Shown in pieces: positions 54,170 to 64,000 of a stretch of DNA of 64,000 nt. The notes beneath the pieces were generated by a model. That model made no database searches, had not been told where the DNA came from, and saw only the letters and a program-made list of their open reading frames with translations. Position numbers and translations under genes: made by a program. This DNA is from Bacteroidaceae bacterium (GTDB lineage Bacteria > Bacteroidota > Bacteroidia > Bacteroidales > Bacteroidaceae). The stretch is from NCBI GenBank assembly GCA_045629325.1, contig JAZQQX010000027.1, positions 11,049 through 75,048 of the forward strand, read 5' to 3'. Each line of letters starts with the position of its first letter. Position 1 is the stretch's first letter.

Positions 54170-55234
54170 ATGGATTTAGAACTTCAACCCTTACACCTAC
54201 CAAGTGATAACGAACGCCCCTTTGTCATTGCTGGACCTTGTTCGGCTGAGACGGAGGAGCAAGTGATGAAGACTGCCAAGGAACTGGCAGATAAAGGGTG
54301 CCACATGTTTCGTGCTGGTGTGTGGAAGCCTCGTACCAAGCCTGGAGGTTTTGAGGGTCATGGTGTTGAGGCACTTCCTTGGATGGAACAGGTTAAGAAG
54401 GAGACGGGTATGTTGACAGCTACTGAGGTTGCTACTCCCGAACATGTTGAGTCTGCTTTGAAGGCTGGCATTGATGTTCTCTGGGTAGGAGCCCGTACCA
54501 CGGCCAATCCTTTTGCTGTACAGGCTTTGGCTGATGCTCTGCAGGGTGTTGATGTGCCTTTGCTTGTCAAGAATCCTGTCAATCCCGATCTTGAACTCTG
54601 GATTGGTGCTTTGTTGCGTTTCAACCGTGCTGGTGTTAAGCGCTTGGGTGCCATACATCGTGGTTTCAGTAGTATCGATCAGAAGTTGTATCGTAACACT
54701 CCCATGTGGCATCTCCCCATTGAGTTGAAGCGTCGTTATCCCAATCTTCCCATTGCTTGTGACCCCAGTCATATAGGTGGTCGTCGCGATCTTATTGCAC
54801 CTCTTTGTCAGCAGGCTATGGATATGGGTATGGATGGCTTGATCGTAGAGAGTCATTGCAGTCCCGACGATGCATGGAGCGATGCCAAACAGCAGGTTAC
54901 CCCCGATGTACTTGACTTTATCCTTGATCGTCTGGTCATTCGTAACAATGCTGAGATGACAGAGTCATTGGGTCAGTTGCGTAAGCAGATTGATATGATG
55001 GACGATCAGTTGATGGATCTTCTCACTCGTCGTATGCGCATCTCTCGTGAGATAGCAACCTACAAAAAGGAGCATAATATGAGTGTTGTGCAGACTGGTC
55101 GATACACTGAGATTCTCGATAAGCGCGGTGCCCAGGGTACACTCTGTGGTATGGATGCTGATTTCGTAAAGAAGGTTTATGAGGCTATTCACGAAGAGAG
55201 TGTTCGTCAGCAGATAGAGATAGTCAATAAGTAA
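54170..55234 (+). CDS. Bifunctional 3-deoxy-7-phosphoheptulonate synthase / chorismate mutase type II
   Basis: 354 aa. The N-terminal part is a KDO8PS-like DAHPS (IAGPCSAE, CDPSH). C-terminal LRKQIDMMDDQLMDLLTRRMRISREIATYK is an AroQ-type chorismate mutase. Confidence 0.88.
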   Translation: MDLELQPLHLPSDNERPFVIAGPCSAETEEQVMKTAKELADKGCHMFRAGVWKPRTKPGGFEGHGVEALPWMEQVKKETGMLTATEVATPEHVESALKAGIDVLWVGARTTANPFAVQALADALQGVDVPLLVKNPVNPDLELWIGALLRFNRAGVKRLGAIHRGFSSIDQKLYRNTPMWHLPIELKRRYPNLPIACDPSHIGGRRDLIAPLCQQAMDMGMDGLIVESHCSPDDAWSDAKQQVTPDVLDFILDRLVIRNNAEMTESLGQLRKQIDMMDDQLMDLLTRRMRISREIATYKKEHNMSVVQTGRYTEILDKRGAQGTLCGMDADFVKKVYEAIHEESVRQQIEIVNK

Positions 55235-55254
55235 GATTGTCAAAATTCTTTTAT

Positions 55255-56028
55255 ATGAAAATATTGATTCTCGGTGCAGGTAAGATGGGAAGTTTCTTCA
55301 CGGATGTGTTGAGCTTCGAACATGAATGTGCCGTATATGAGGTTGATCCAAAACGGATGCGTTTCCTCTACAATACTCAGCGATTTACCTCGCTCGATGG
55401 GGTCGATGAGTTCCGTCCTGATCTTGTCATCAACTGTGTTACGCTTAAGTACACGCTCGATGTCTTCCGTCAGGTTATTCCTCATTTGCATCGCGATTGC
55501 ATTATATCGGATATATCAAGTGTGAAGACAGGCTTCAAGGAGTTCTATGAGAGCACGGGTATGCATTATGTCAGTACTCACCCTATGTTTGGTCCTACCT
55601 TTGCCAACCTTGGTGCATTGAGCAATGAGAATGCTATCGTTATTAGCGAGGGTGATTATTTGGGCCGTGTGTTCTTCCTTGACCTCTATCGTCGTTTAGG
55701 ACTTAATGTTCATGAATATACTTTTGAGGAGCACGATGAAGCGATGGCCTACAGTCTTTCTGTGCCTTTTGTCAGCACCTTTGTCTTTAGTGCTGTGATG
55801 AAACATCAGGATGCTCCCGGTACCACCTTCAAGCGTCATTTGGGTATAGCACGCGGTGTATTGAGCGAGGACGACACCTTGCTTCGTGAGATACTTTTCA
55901 ATCCTCGTACCAAGCATCATGTGGAGCAGATCCGTGCTGAACTCAAGGATCTTATTTCTATCATCGATGCGCGTGATGAGGAAGGTTTGACCAACTATCT
56001 CACTCGTATTCGTGGTAATATTAAGTAA
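55255..56028 (+). CDS. tyrA: Prephenate dehydrogenase
   Basis: MKILILGAGKMGSFF (Rossmann) and SVKT..HPMFGP are present. The ATG at 55255 is preferred over the tracked TTG at 55237. Confidence 0.85.
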   Translation: MKILILGAGKMGSFFTDVLSFEHECAVYEVDPKRMRFLYNTQRFTSLDGVDEFRPDLVINCVTLKYTLDVFRQVIPHLHRDCIISDISSVKTGFKEFYESTGMHYVSTHPMFGPTFANLGALSNENAIVISEGDYLGRVFFLDLYRRLGLNVHEYTFEEHDEAMAYSLSVPFVSTFVFSAVMKHQDAPGTTFKRHLGIARGVLSEDDTLLREILFNPRTKHHVEQIRAELKDLISIIDARDEEGLTNYLTRIRGNIK

Positions 56029-56052
56029 ATAACCTTCGTTTGATAGATTTGA

Positions 56053-56096
56053 TTTAGGCACTTTTGATCATCGTCAAAAGTGCCTAAATATTTTTA
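56053..56096. terminator. Terminator hairpin between tyrA and the inositol-3-phosphate synthase gene
   Basis: Perfect 15-bp stem TTTAGGCACTTTTGA / TCAAAAGTGCCTAAA with a 6-nt loop, followed by TATTTTTAT on the plus strand. Confidence 0.75.
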
Positions 56097-56120
56097 TAAT
56101 GTGATTTCGTCGAGTTCACT

Positions 56121-57428
56121 TTAATCTATCTCTTCGTCAGGTTCATATCCACCCATCTCACGAATAGCATTCTTCAGCATTGTGTGCTGTTCGTAGAGGT
56201 TGTTGACAGGTTCCTCGCCTTGTGTGTAGTTGTGCATGGGTGCTTTTAGGAAGAAGGAGAGGAATCGCTGTATTCCAGATTTTCCAGCACGCATAGCGAG
56301 ATCAGACAACAACACGAGGTCGAGACAAACTGGTGCGGCTAGGATAGAGTCACGGCAAAGGAAGTTGATCTTTACTTGCATGGGATAGCCCATCCATCCA
56401 AAAATATCGATGTTGTCCCATGCCTCTTTTTCATCGTTGCGTGGAGGATAGTAGTTGATACGCACCTTGTGGTAGTAGTCGCCATAAAGGTCTGGCTGAT
56501 CCTCTGCCTTTAATATTGTTTCAAGAGTTGATAGTTTTGATACTTCCTTTGTATGGAAGTTTGCAGGCTCATCAAGTACCAATCCGTCACGGTTGCCAAG
56601 AATATTGGTTGAGAACCACCCTCTAAGTCCGAGGCATCGTGTGCCGATGATGGGGGCAAAACCCGATTTAACCAGTGTCTGACCCGTCTTGAAGTCCTTT
56701 CCACATATAGGAAGACCTGTCTTCTCTGCCATTTCCCACATTGCTGGAATGTCAACTGTAGTATTGGGGGCGCCCATGATGAAGGGGGCGCCTTCAGCCA
56801 GTGCTGCGTATGCATAGCACATGGAAGGGGCTATGTTCTCGCAGTCGTTATTCTTCATTGCCTTAACCAGCGCCTCAAGGCTATTGTGTACCTTGTCGTT
56901 GATGGGAACATAAATCTCTGTAGAGGCGGCCCAGAGCACCACAATACGGTCACAACCATTCTCGGCTTTGAAGTTTCTTATATCGTTCCTTATCTGCTCC
57001 ACCATGTCCCAACGGTCCTTGCAGTCCTTCACATTGGTTCCATCGAGACGCTTTGCGAAATTCTTGTCAAAGGCTGCAGTCATGGGAACAATGGCTTTCA
57101 GTTCTTCCTGTACGGGTATGATGTCCTTGGCTCTCAGTACATCTGCATTGACTGCTGCGTCGAATGCATTTGCAGGATAGATATCCCATGTGCCGAACAC
57201 GATGTCATCGAGCTTTGCCATAGGTACTATCTCGCTATACTTCAGATATTTCTTTTCCTCTCCCTTTCCTATGCGTATCTTGTCATATTGGGTCATGGAG
57301 CCAATAGGTTTGGCAAGACCCTTACGAGCCATCAGCACTCCAGTCATGAATGTTGTGGATACGGCGCCACAACCTACTATCATTACACCGAGTTTGCCTG
57401 TTGCTGGTTTTATATTTGTCTTTTTCAT
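56121..57428 (-). CDS. myo-Inositol-3-phosphate synthase
   Basis: 435 aa. Contains LGVMIVGCGAVSTTFMTG (NAD-binding), APNTTVDIP and SKLSTLETILK. Overall it resembles bacterial/archaeal MIPS. Confidence 0.85.
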   Translation of the reverse strand: MKKTNIKPATGKLGVMIVGCGAVSTTFMTGVLMARKGLAKPIGSMTQYDKIRIGKGEEKKYLKYSEIVPMAKLDDIVFGTWDIYPANAFDAAVNADVLRAKDIIPVQEELKAIVPMTAAFDKNFAKRLDGTNVKDCKDRWDMVEQIRNDIRNFKAENGCDRIVVLWAASTEIYVPINDKVHNSLEALVKAMKNNDCENIAPSMCYAYAALAEGAPFIMGAPNTTVDIPAMWEMAEKTGLPICGKDFKTGQTLVKSGFAPIIGTRCLGLRGWFSTNILGNRDGLVLDEPANFHTKEVSKLSTLETILKAEDQPDLYGDYYHKVRINYYPPRNDEKEAWDNIDIFGWMGYPMQVKINFLCRDSILAAPVCLDLVLLSDLAMRAGKSGIQRFLSFFLKAPMHNYTQGEEPVNNLYEQHTMLKNAIREMGGYEPDEEID

Positions 57429-57569
57429 ATTACTGCCTATGCAATGTTACACAATCTTTTTGTCTTTATAAATTGTTGGGTATTTTGATTCCCATTTAGT
57501 TAATCATGCGAAGATAGTAAAATTTCTGCAAAAATGAAAGTTTGAATTGATTATTCCAACAATTTTGCA

Positions 57570-57577
57570 TAAATTTG
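57570..57577 (+). promoter_or_regulatory. -7 box TAAATTTG for the GH3 gene
   Basis: Exact TAnnTTTG, 35 nt upstream of the ATG at 57612. Confidence 0.5.
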
Positions 57578-57611
57578 CAGATAGAATTGATAGAATTAAT
57601 AATATAAAGCC

Positions 57612-60203
57612 ATGAAATGTAACATTTTAATTTTGTTTCTTTTAACTGGAACTATGAGCTTGCATGCTCAGCAGTTGCCTTATCAAAATCCTAATCTTTC
57701 GCCCAAGGAGAGAGCGAAAGATATTGTGTCTCGCATGACGATAGAGGAGAAGGCCAGGGTGATGCTCGATATCTCAGAACCTGTAGAGCGTCTTGGTATC
57801 AAGAAGTTCAACTGGTGGAGCGAAGCGCTTCATGGTATTGCCAATATGGGTAATGTTACCGTTTATCCCGAACCTATCGGCATGGCTGCATCTTTCAACG
57901 AACCTATGGTTTACAAGGTATTTGACCAGGTAAGTACGGAGGGTCGTGCAGCATACAATCAGTGGATTGCTACGGGACATGATGATCAGCGTTTCCATAG
58001 TCTTTCGGTATGGACACCCAACATCAATATCTTCCGTGATCCTCGTTGGGGTCGTGGACAGGAAACCTACGGAGAGGACCCCTTCCTTACATCACGAATG
58101 GGTGTTCAGGTGATCAAGGGCCTTCAAGGACCATCTGATACCAAGTATCGTAAGTTGTACGCTTGTGCCAAGCACTATGCCATTCACAGTGGTCCAGAGT
58201 CGTCTCGTCACCATGACAACATCAATGATGTCACACCTCGCGACCTTTGGGAAACCTATATGCCAGCCTTCAAGGATGCTGTGCAGAAGGGTGATGTAAG
58301 AGAGGTGATGTGCGCCTATCAGCGTTGGGATGATGAACCCTGTTGCGGTAGTACGCGCCTTCTTCAGCAGATACTTCGTGATGAGTGGGGGTTCAAGTAT
58401 ATGGTAGTGTCGGACTGCGGAGCAATTACCGACTTTTGGGATTCGCACAAGACAAGCAGTACTCCACGCCATGCAGCCAAGGTCGGCACGCTTGCAGGAA
58501 CCGATGTAGAGTGTGGCTACAACTATGTATATCGTAGCATTCCTGAAGCTGTTAAGATGGGACTGATTACCGAAGAAGAGGTAGATAAGCATGTCATCAG
58601 ACTGATGGAAGGTCGTTTTGAATTGGGAGAGATGGACGATCCCAAGTTGAACTCATGGAGCAAACTCGGTCCCGAACTCTTGAGTTGCAAGGAACATAAG
58701 GAGACAGCACTTGACATGGCGCGTCAGACTATGACCCTGTTGCAGAATCGCAACAATGTATTGCCTCTTGCAAAGGGGGAAAAAGTGGCTGTCATTGGTC
58801 CCAACTTTAATGATCAGGTATTGATGTGGGGTAATTATAATGGTACACCCAACACAACGGCTTCACTCCTCTTCGGTATTCGTGAGAAGGTAGGTAAGAA
58901 GTGTGCTGTAGCTTTCCAGGGTTGTGACAAGGTGAGTGACCAGGTTCTTACCTCTTATTATGATCAGTGTAGCATCTATGGTAAGAAAGGTTTCCATGGC
59001 ACTTTCTGGAATAATACAAAGTGGGAAGGTGATCCTGTCGCTTCTCGCCAGCATACCGAACCTATCAATGAGACAACCTTTGGTCAGCATCAGTTTGCTC
59101 CGGGTGTGAACCTGACTGACTTTTCTGCTGTGTACGAAACTATCTTCCGTCCCTTACAGTCCGGTAAGGTATTGGTCAATGTAGAGTCTGTAAGTGATTT
59201 TGAAGTGCTTGTTGATGGCAAGTCTCTTGTACACGAGCGTACATGGCGCACTACTGATACTCGCAATTTCATTGATGTAGAAAAAGGTAAGGAATATCAT
59301 ATCACTATTCGCTTTGCCCACATCCCAACCTACAATGCCAATTTGAAGGTAAATATTGGTGTGGAGAATACAGTTGACTATGATGCCTTGATAGCGCGTC
59401 TGTCAGGTATCAATACTGTTATTTTTGCTGGTGGTATATCTGCTGGTCTTGAGGGTGAGGAGATGCCCGTTGATCTGCCCGGTTTTGCTGGGGGCGATCG
59501 TACGGATATCGAACTACCTGCTGTTCAGCGTCAGTTCCTGCGTAAGTTGCACGAAGCTGGTAAGAAGGTCATCTTCGTCAATTTCTCCGGTTCTGCTATG
59601 GCTTTGGTTCCAGAGACAGAGAGCTGTGATGCAATTCTTCAGGCCTGGTATCCGGGTCAGGAAGGTGGCCGTGCCATTGCCGATGTGCTCTATGGTGATT
59701 ACAATCCTTCTGGCAAACTTCCCGTTACCTTCTATCGTAGTACGGCACAGTTGCCCGATTTCAAGGATTATAGCATGAAGGGCCGTACCTACCGTTATAT
59801 GACCGAGGAACCCCTCTTCCCCTTCGGTTTTGGCTTGAGCTATACAAGCTTCAATATTGGTACTGCCAAGGTTGACAAGACCACCGTTTCACCCCTCAAT
59901 GGAGACAAGTTGACTGTTACCGTTCCTGTTAGCAATACAGGTAGCCGTGAAGGTACAGAGGTTGTACAAGTCTATCTGCGTCGTCTATCTGATGTCGGTG
60001 GTCCTCGTATGAGTTTGCGTGGTTATGCACGAGTATCACTCAAGCCAGGAGCAAGTAAGGAGGCTGAGATCGTATTGGACCGTGATTGCTTCGAGACATT
60101 CGATGAGAGCAGCAATGCCATGAACATTGTAAGCGGAGACTACGAACTGTTCTATGGTAATAGTTCGAAGGAATTGAAGTCGCTCAAGATTAAGTTGATG
60201 TAA
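57612..60203 (+). CDS. Glycoside hydrolase family 3 (beta-glucosidase/beta-xylosidase-like) with inserted PA14-like domain
   Basis: 863 aa with a signal peptide. WWSEALHG and VVSDCGAI (nucleophile Asp) are present, with a PA14-like insert around GTFWNNTKWEGDPV. Confidence 0.85.
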   Translation: MKCNILILFLLTGTMSLHAQQLPYQNPNLSPKERAKDIVSRMTIEEKARVMLDISEPVERLGIKKFNWWSEALHGIANMGNVTVYPEPIGMAASFNEPMVYKVFDQVSTEGRAAYNQWIATGHDDQRFHSLSVWTPNINIFRDPRWGRGQETYGEDPFLTSRMGVQVIKGLQGPSDTKYRKLYACAKHYAIHSGPESSRHHDNINDVTPRDLWETYMPAFKDAVQKGDVREVMCAYQRWDDEPCCGSTRLLQQILRDEWGFKYMVVSDCGAITDFWDSHKTSSTPRHAAKVGTLAGTDVECGYNYVYRSIPEAVKMGLITEEEVDKHVIRLMEGRFELGEMDDPKLNSWSKLGPELLSCKEHKETALDMARQTMTLLQNRNNVLPLAKGEKVAVIGPNFNDQVLMWGNYNGTPNTTASLLFGIREKVGKKCAVAFQGCDKVSDQVLTSYYDQCSIYGKKGFHGTFWNNTKWEGDPVASRQHTEPINETTFGQHQFAPGVNLTDFSAVYETIFRPLQSGKVLVNVESVSDFEVLVDGKSLVHERTWRTTDTRNFIDVEKGKEYHITIRFAHIPTYNANLKVNIGVENTVDYDALIARLSGINTVIFAGGISAGLEGEEMPVDLPGFAGGDRTDIELPAVQRQFLRKLHEAGKKVIFVNFSGSAMALVPETESCDAILQAWYPGQEGGRAIADVLYGDYNPSGKLPVTFYRSTAQLPDFKDYSMKGRTYRYMTEEPLFPFGFGLSYTSFNIGTAKVDKTTVSPLNGDKLTVTVPVSNTGSREGTEVVQVYLRRLSDVGGPRMSLRGYARVSLKPGASKEAEIVLDRDCFETFDESSNAMNIVSGDYELFYGNSSKELKSLKIKLM

Positions 60204-60248
60204 GTCTCTTTGTTTCTATATAAACATTTCAAGATATAAAGTAACAAA

Positions 60249-60301
60249 AATAAGCGAAGATAAACGAGGCTGAAATATGTTCTCGTTTATCTTCGCTTAT
60301 T
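60249..60301. terminator. Bidirectional terminator between convergent GH3 genes
   Basis: Perfect 20-bp stem AATAAGCGAAGATAAACGAG / CTCGTTTATCTTCGCTTATT, flanked by A5 upstream and a T-rich run downstream. Confidence 0.8.
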
Positions 60302-60361
60302 ATATTTTATAAATCATTACCCTTTTGGGCTAAACTTTGTATCATTGTATCATTTGGCTTC

Positions 60362-62761
60362 TCATTTTGCTTCCCATTTTGAGAAGTACTTGGTACGAAG
60401 GGGCTTGGTCATCTTCTCGCCTGTAAGTTTCACCATTTGTTTGAGGCGAATGTCTTTGCTTGAAGCACCAATCTTTACCTCGTACTTACCCGGATCGATA
60501 TTCCATTGTCCGTCAGCATAGTAACCAAACTGCTCGGTATTGATATCAAACGATACCTGCTTGGTTTCGCCAGGAGCCAGCGAGATACGGGCAAAGCCTT
60601 GAAGTTGGATGGGACGGATAGGTAGCGTCTCTGTAATGGGCGAGAGGTACACCTGTGCCACTTCATCTGCCTGCATCTTACCGGTATTGGTCACCTCAAA
60701 AGTAAGGTGGACGGTCTCGGTAGTAGTAGGCACCAGTTTGTCGGCACTGAGATTCTTATACTCAAAGTCTGCATAACTCATACCATAACCAAAAGGCCAC
60801 TCGATGCGTGCATCATCTTCTACAGAATAGTTGTAGCAAACAGGTGTGTTGATCTCTACATTGGGATAACTGACACTCAATTTGCCCGAAGGTGAGACAT
60901 TACCCAACAAGATATCAGCAACTGCATTTCCACCTTCCTCACCTGGATACCAAGCCTGAATGATGGCAGAACAGCGGTCTGCTATCTCCGAGATGATCTG
61001 TGCGCGACCACCAAAGACAACCAAGACAACGGGTTTGCCTGTAGCGATAAGTTTCTCCACATATTCGGCCTGCTTGCCAGGGAGATGCATGGTGGGACGC
61101 TCTCTGTTTTCACCACTTAGCAATACATTCTCACCCATAGCAGCAATGATGATGTCGCTCTCTTGGGCCAACTTGAGAGCCTCTGCCTCGTTGGCTTCTT
61201 CGGGATGCTCCACCTTTCGGTTGAGGATACGCTTCAGCCAGTCAGCACGCTGGTCACCGCCATCTTCAATCCAAGTCTCAATGATCTCGGTCCAGTCACA
61301 ACCTCTGCTGTAAGTCATCGTGATATTTTGAGGCAGTTTGCTCTCCATACCCTCCTTGAGACTTACAATCTTTGGATGCATGTCATCCTCATTCTTTACC
61401 TGCCAGAAGTAGCGCATACTCTGGAAAGTGTAGTCGCCCAGCATAGCCCACATGGAGTTGGCATTGGGACCCGTGAGGAAGACCTTCTTCTGCTCACCTT
61501 GAAGTTTCTCTTGTGCGTCTTGACCGCTCTCTGGTGACCCTTCTGCATAAGTGTTGGCGAGAGGCAGTACACCGTCGTTTTTCAGCAATACAATACTTTG
61601 TGACGCAAGTGTATAGGCCGTCTGTCTTTCCTCTGGTGTGTCAAACTCGATATGCTCTGTACTGTAGAGTTGTGGATTCTCATCGAGCAGCCCCACACGA
61701 GCCTTGTACATCAATACATTCTTTACCGCCTGTTCGAAGCGCTCTTCAGAGACAAGTCCCTTATCGAGTGCCTCTTGCAGATAGGCATAGTTGGAACCAT
61801 AGGGGAAATCTACATCGTTGCCCGCATTGATGGCAGCCACACAACGCTGTAAGGTATCATTGATACCCACAATCTGGTCGATGGAATAGTAGTCGCTCAC
61901 CATCATTCCGTCAAAGTGCAGATAGTCGCGTAAGATGCCTTGCTGAATCTTGGCATTAGCCACACAGCTTACCCCGTCGATGGCATGATAACCCGTCATG
62001 ATGACTTTGTTGCCTGCCAGTCTGATCATTGTCTCATGTGGCAGAAGGATCTCCTCCATCAATTCCTTTTCAGGAGCATCACCTCCACCACCATAACCCA
62101 AGAAGTGCTTGCTACATGTGCCCACACCTTTCCTCAGGTCTCCTAACTGAAGACCTTTGGTAAAGGCAGTGCCGAGCATAGCCGAGAGATAAGCATCCTC
62201 ACCATACGACTCCTCCAGTCTGTTGAACGAAGGCGTGCGTACCACATCGACCATGGGCGAGAGTGAAAGCAGTCCACCAATCTGGCGAAGCGTGTGTGCA
62301 GTCTGCTCTGCCTTGGTCTGTGCCAATTCGGGATTGAAAGCACAAGCCAAACCTATCTGTTGAGGATAGACCGTTGCGTCGCGTGTACAAGCACCGGTCA
62401 ATACCTCTTCGTGGAACAAGGCAGGAATGCCGTTTGGCGTATGGTGCATCAACCAATCCTGCATGATGGCCACCTTATCCCTGATCTCGTCGGGAGAAGC
62501 CGACATCTGACTGGCATACTGTGAGAAGTGTCCCATTCCGTTGGGCATCTCACGCTCACATTTTGCTGTATCAAGTTGTCCGTCCTCCGTAAACCAATCG
62601 TTGAGATAGGTGCTTTGCAATTGTGCAATACGCTCACCTTGTGTCATTCGCGCATAGAGATCATCTACAATCTCTTCTGGTGTAGTAAGGCGTTGTGTAC
62701 AACTGGCCATCAGCATAGGAGTGAGAAGTGCAATTGTCTTAATGTTTCTATATTTGCTCAT
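60362..62761 (-). CDS. Glycoside hydrolase family 3 beta-glucosidase-like lipoprotein
   Basis: Start at MSKYRNIKTIALLTPMLMASCTQ (lipobox). MMVSDYYSI carries the nucleophile, and a C-terminal Fn3-like domain is present. The tracked start at 62875 overlaps the upstream gene and is rejected. Confidence 0.85.
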   Translation of the reverse strand: MSKYRNIKTIALLTPMLMASCTQRLTTPEEIVDDLYARMTQGERIAQLQSTYLNDWFTEDGQLDTAKCEREMPNGMGHFSQYASQMSASPDEIRDKVAIMQDWLMHHTPNGIPALFHEEVLTGACTRDATVYPQQIGLACAFNPELAQTKAEQTAHTLRQIGGLLSLSPMVDVVRTPSFNRLEESYGEDAYLSAMLGTAFTKGLQLGDLRKGVGTCSKHFLGYGGGGDAPEKELMEEILLPHETMIRLAGNKVIMTGYHAIDGVSCVANAKIQQGILRDYLHFDGMMVSDYYSIDQIVGINDTLQRCVAAINAGNDVDFPYGSNYAYLQEALDKGLVSEERFEQAVKNVLMYKARVGLLDENPQLYSTEHIEFDTPEERQTAYTLASQSIVLLKNDGVLPLANTYAEGSPESGQDAQEKLQGEQKKVFLTGPNANSMWAMLGDYTFQSMRYFWQVKNEDDMHPKIVSLKEGMESKLPQNITMTYSRGCDWTEIIETWIEDGGDQRADWLKRILNRKVEHPEEANEAEALKLAQESDIIIAAMGENVLLSGENRERPTMHLPGKQAEYVEKLIATGKPVVLVVFGGRAQIISEIADRCSAIIQAWYPGEEGGNAVADILLGNVSPSGKLSVSYPNVEINTPVCYNYSVEDDARIEWPFGYGMSYADFEYKNLSADKLVPTTTETVHLTFEVTNTGKMQADEVAQVYLSPITETLPIRPIQLQGFARISLAPGETKQVSFDINTEQFGYYADGQWNIDPGKYEVKIGASSKDIRLKQMVKLTGEKMTKPLRTKYFSKWEAK

Positions 62762-62792
62762 TATTTCTACATGAGTTTCTTTTATTTGCTCA

Positions 62793-64000
62793 TTATTTCT
62801 GCATGAGTTTTTTGTATTTGAGAACAGCCTTCTCATAAGCCTTAACAGCCTTGGCGTTGCCAGAAGCCTGTGCATCGTAGAGAGCCCAGAGGTTGCAAGC
62901 CTTTACGGCAGCCTTCTGTGCTTCAGTGCTTGCCTGCGCATCAGCCTCCTGCTGTGCCTCATCCTCTGCACTTGCATAGGCGTGACGATAACCGTTCACC
63001 TTGTTCCACTCACCGCGTGTGAAGTCGGGGAATGCAACAGAGGCACAGTTGTGGTCCATTGAGAGAGAACCGAGCTCAGCCAGACAGCACCATTCAGCAA
63101 GGTCATATACATCCATGTCGAGAGGAAGACCATTCTGCAAGCAATAAACAAGACGGCTATCCATGATAAAGTCCATACCGCCGTGACCCATCTCACGACC
63201 CAGTTCGCCATACTTGGCAAGGATGGGGTGATAGTACTTCTTCACCAATTCATCCTGTGCAGCCTTGGGAATGAAACTGTGACCGCTCAGGTCGTCCATC
63301 TTCGTAGCCATACCCGATGACTTTACAGCATCGCCTGTAAGAGAGAAATGCTCCTGGGGATACTTGGTAGCGTAACCCTTCTCACCGATGAGTTTGAAGA
63401 GACGGTTGTAAGGCTGAGGAGTCATTACATTGTGCTGAATCTGTACCATCTTGCCGTTTGCGGTACGCATAAGTGTGGTAGTCTGGTCACCGTTGCGATA
63501 CTCCTTCACAGGCTTGCCAGTCTTCTTCTCAACCCACTCCTTACCGTGTACACTCTTTGTATCCATGGCAACGAGAGTAGTGAAACGGTCACCACGGTGA
63601 ATGTTCATACACTGAGCAACGGGACCAAGGCCGTGAGTAGCGTAGAGATCGCCACGATTCTCCATGTTGTACTTCATACGCCAGTGAAGACCATCCTTGT
63701 CAGTCTCGGGATTCTGCCAGTAAGCGTCCCAGAAAGGATCGAGATTGTGAATGTAAGCACCTTCAGCAGCAACGATCTCTCCAAACACACCATTCTGAGC
63801 CATGTTGAGTGCATTCATCTCATAGTAGTCGTAACAGCAGTTCTCAAGAATCATACAGTGCAGTCTGGTTTGCTCTGAGAGGTTGATGAGTTCCCAGCAC
63901 TGCTCCAGGTTCATTGCACTGGGCACCTCGATAGCCGTATGCTTACCGTTGAGAAGGGCACACTTGGCTACGGGGAAATGATGATCCCAGTCGGTAGCGA
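62793..64000 (-). CDS. Gfo/Idh/MocA-fold NAD-dependent glycosidase, GH109-like (alpha-N-acetylgalactosaminidase family); 5' end outside the window
   Basis: The frame stays open upstream of the tracked Met (..LLNGKHTAIEVPSAMNLEQCWELI). GLHWRMKYNMENRGDLYATHGLGP is GH109-like. There is an Ala/Gln/Lys-rich C-terminal tail. Confidence 0.7.
   Translation of the reverse strand, partial: ATDWDHHFPVAKCALLNGKHTAIEVPSAMNLEQCWELINLSEQTRLHCMILENCCYDYYEMNALNMAQNGVFGEIVAAEGAYIHNLDPFWDAYWQNPETDKDGLHWRMKYNMENRGDLYATHGLGPVAQCMNIHRGDRFTTLVAMDTKSVHGKEWVEKKTGKPVKEYRNGDQTTTLMRTANGKMVQIQHNVMTPQPYNRLFKLIGEKGYATKYPQEHFSLTGDAVKSSGMATKMDDLSGHSFIPKAAQDELVKKYYHPILAKYGELGREMGHGGMDFIMDSRLVYCLQNGLPLDMDVYDLAEWCCLAELGSLSMDHNCASVAFPDFTRGEWNKVNGYRHAYASAEDEAQQEADAQASTEAQKAAVKACNLWALYDAQASGNAKAVKAYEKAVLKYKKLMQK

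Noticed and set aside
62762-62875. An N-terminal extension of the GH3 gene, and similar tracked alternative-start extensions at 22656, 40442, 55237, 8704 and 37891.
   Set aside because: The extensions overlap upstream genes or lack signal-peptide logic. Internal ATGs give canonical signal-peptide or lipobox or family N-termini.
1-64000. Mobile elements, prophage, integrative elements, tRNA or rRNA genes, and SusC/SusD-type polysaccharide utilisation loci.
   Set aside because: No transposase, integrase, relaxase or phage-like ORFs were found. No intergenic region is long enough and cloverleaf-like to be a tRNA. The glycoside hydrolase clusters lack TonB-dependent SusC or SusD genes within this window.

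Overview
This 64-kb chromosomal window reads as a Bacteroidota genome (Prevotella/Bacteroides-like). All calls come from reading the sequence and recalling motifs; no searches were run. It holds about 50 tightly packed genes. TAnnTTTG -7 promoter boxes precede many start codons, and there are many signal-peptide or lipoprotein N-termini and glycoside hydrolases.

Gene content:
- Housekeeping: metH, recF-DUF721, ribH, pepD, rlmH, mfd, a sigma-54 activator/LptE-like/secG block, fcl-gmd and cysK.
- Sugar use: a minus-strand rhaM-GH28-histidine phosphatase-MFS-uxaC-uxuA-uxuB hexuronate/pectin operon, a GH92-GH89-HGSNAT-like cluster, and GH3/GH3/GH109 genes.
- Other: an acyl-CoA ligase, a REC-REC-PEP/pyruvate-binding enzyme operon, a pheA-aminotransferase-DAHPS/chorismate mutase-tyrA operon, and inositol-3-phosphate synthase.

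I saw no rRNA, tRNA, CRISPR array, transposase, integrase or phage genes.

Most interesting observations:
1. An unannotated Tyr/Phe-rich 30-codon leader ORF with mutually exclusive antiterminator and terminator hairpins lies in front of the aromatic amino-acid operon.
2. The uxuB-cysK intergenic region holds four CTCGCG-N6-CGCGAG hairpins at 35-bp spacing and an exact TGGCAC-N5-TTGC sigma-54-type motif. A related AGGAAC-headed 36-bp repeat lies upstream of metH.
3. The 22.7-25.8 kb segment is repeat-rich. It has an Ogt-like gene with a roughly 45-aa Ser/Pro insertion next to the PCHR active site, a 157-bp almost pure polypyrimidine tract, and a LOG-family plus CoiA-like nuclease gene pair with in-frame microsatellites.
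4. Tandem repeats of 6-8 nt period are unusually frequent in intergenic DNA.
5. Overlapping GH89 (NAGLU-like) and HGSNAT-like membrane acetyltransferase genes sit side by side.

None of these is proven to be a new system. All need comparative or experimental checks.
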